Both the position numbers and the translations under genes were made by a program. A stretch of 63,222 bases of DNA, the filler included, from Octopus bimaculoides (Eukaryota): assembly GCF_001194135.2 (NCBI RefSeq). It is 6 parts of 6 records of this genome, joined end to end, with 100 filler letters (N's around TTAATTAATTAA, not from the genome) between each part and the next. Parts side by side here need not be neighbours in the genome. Positions count along the whole stretch, not along the records: positions 61,561 to 63,222 come from NW_026384999.1; 5 more parts are not named here. One strand, 5' to 3'. Numbering within the stretch: position 1 is the first letter of the stretch; every line of letters begins with the position of its first letter. The notes beneath the pieces were generated by a model. The model saw only the letters and a program-made list of their open reading frames with translations. It was not told the origin of the DNA and made no database searches. This document shows, piece by piece, positions 63,155 to 63,222 of this stretch.

Positions 63155-63222
63155 GGAGCAGTGGCCGTGTGGTTGCTTCCCAACCACATGGTTCCGGGTT
63201 CATTCCCACTGTGTGGCACCTT
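63155..63222 (+). mobile_element. SINE family A head (cut by window end)
   Basis: gtggccgtgtggttgcttcccaaccacatggttccgggttcattcccactgtgtggcacctt. Confidence 0.85.

Overview
AT-rich, microsatellite-saturated animal DNA. By my recognition of its SINE families it is coleoid cephalopod, most likely an Octopus draft assembly (inference, not a database result). About 8 kb (~13%) is N. Five gaps are artificial 100-bp spacers (44 N + TTAATTAATTAA + 44 N), so adjacency across them is unproven. I cannot support any host protein-coding gene, tRNA, rRNA or CRISPR array; almost all long ORFs in the track are microsatellite or N read-through. The window reads as intergenic/intronic DNA full of transposon relics: Penelope-like elements (RT and GIY-YIG pieces, a degenerate hammerhead motif), two R4/Dong-clade LINE ends, an RTE end, Tc1/mariner-superfamily relics of four catalytic types (DD34D, DD34E-like, DD37D, DD41D-like), hAT relics and MITEs, a Helentron-type non-autonomous element, an unclassified 590-bp TTAA-flanked foldback element, and many tRNA-headed SINEs showing head/tail swapping and nesting with clear target-site duplications (TSDs). 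No convincing novel multi-gene system is present; the best leads are TE-level. Relic boundaries are by eye and approximate unless a TIR or TSD is quoted.
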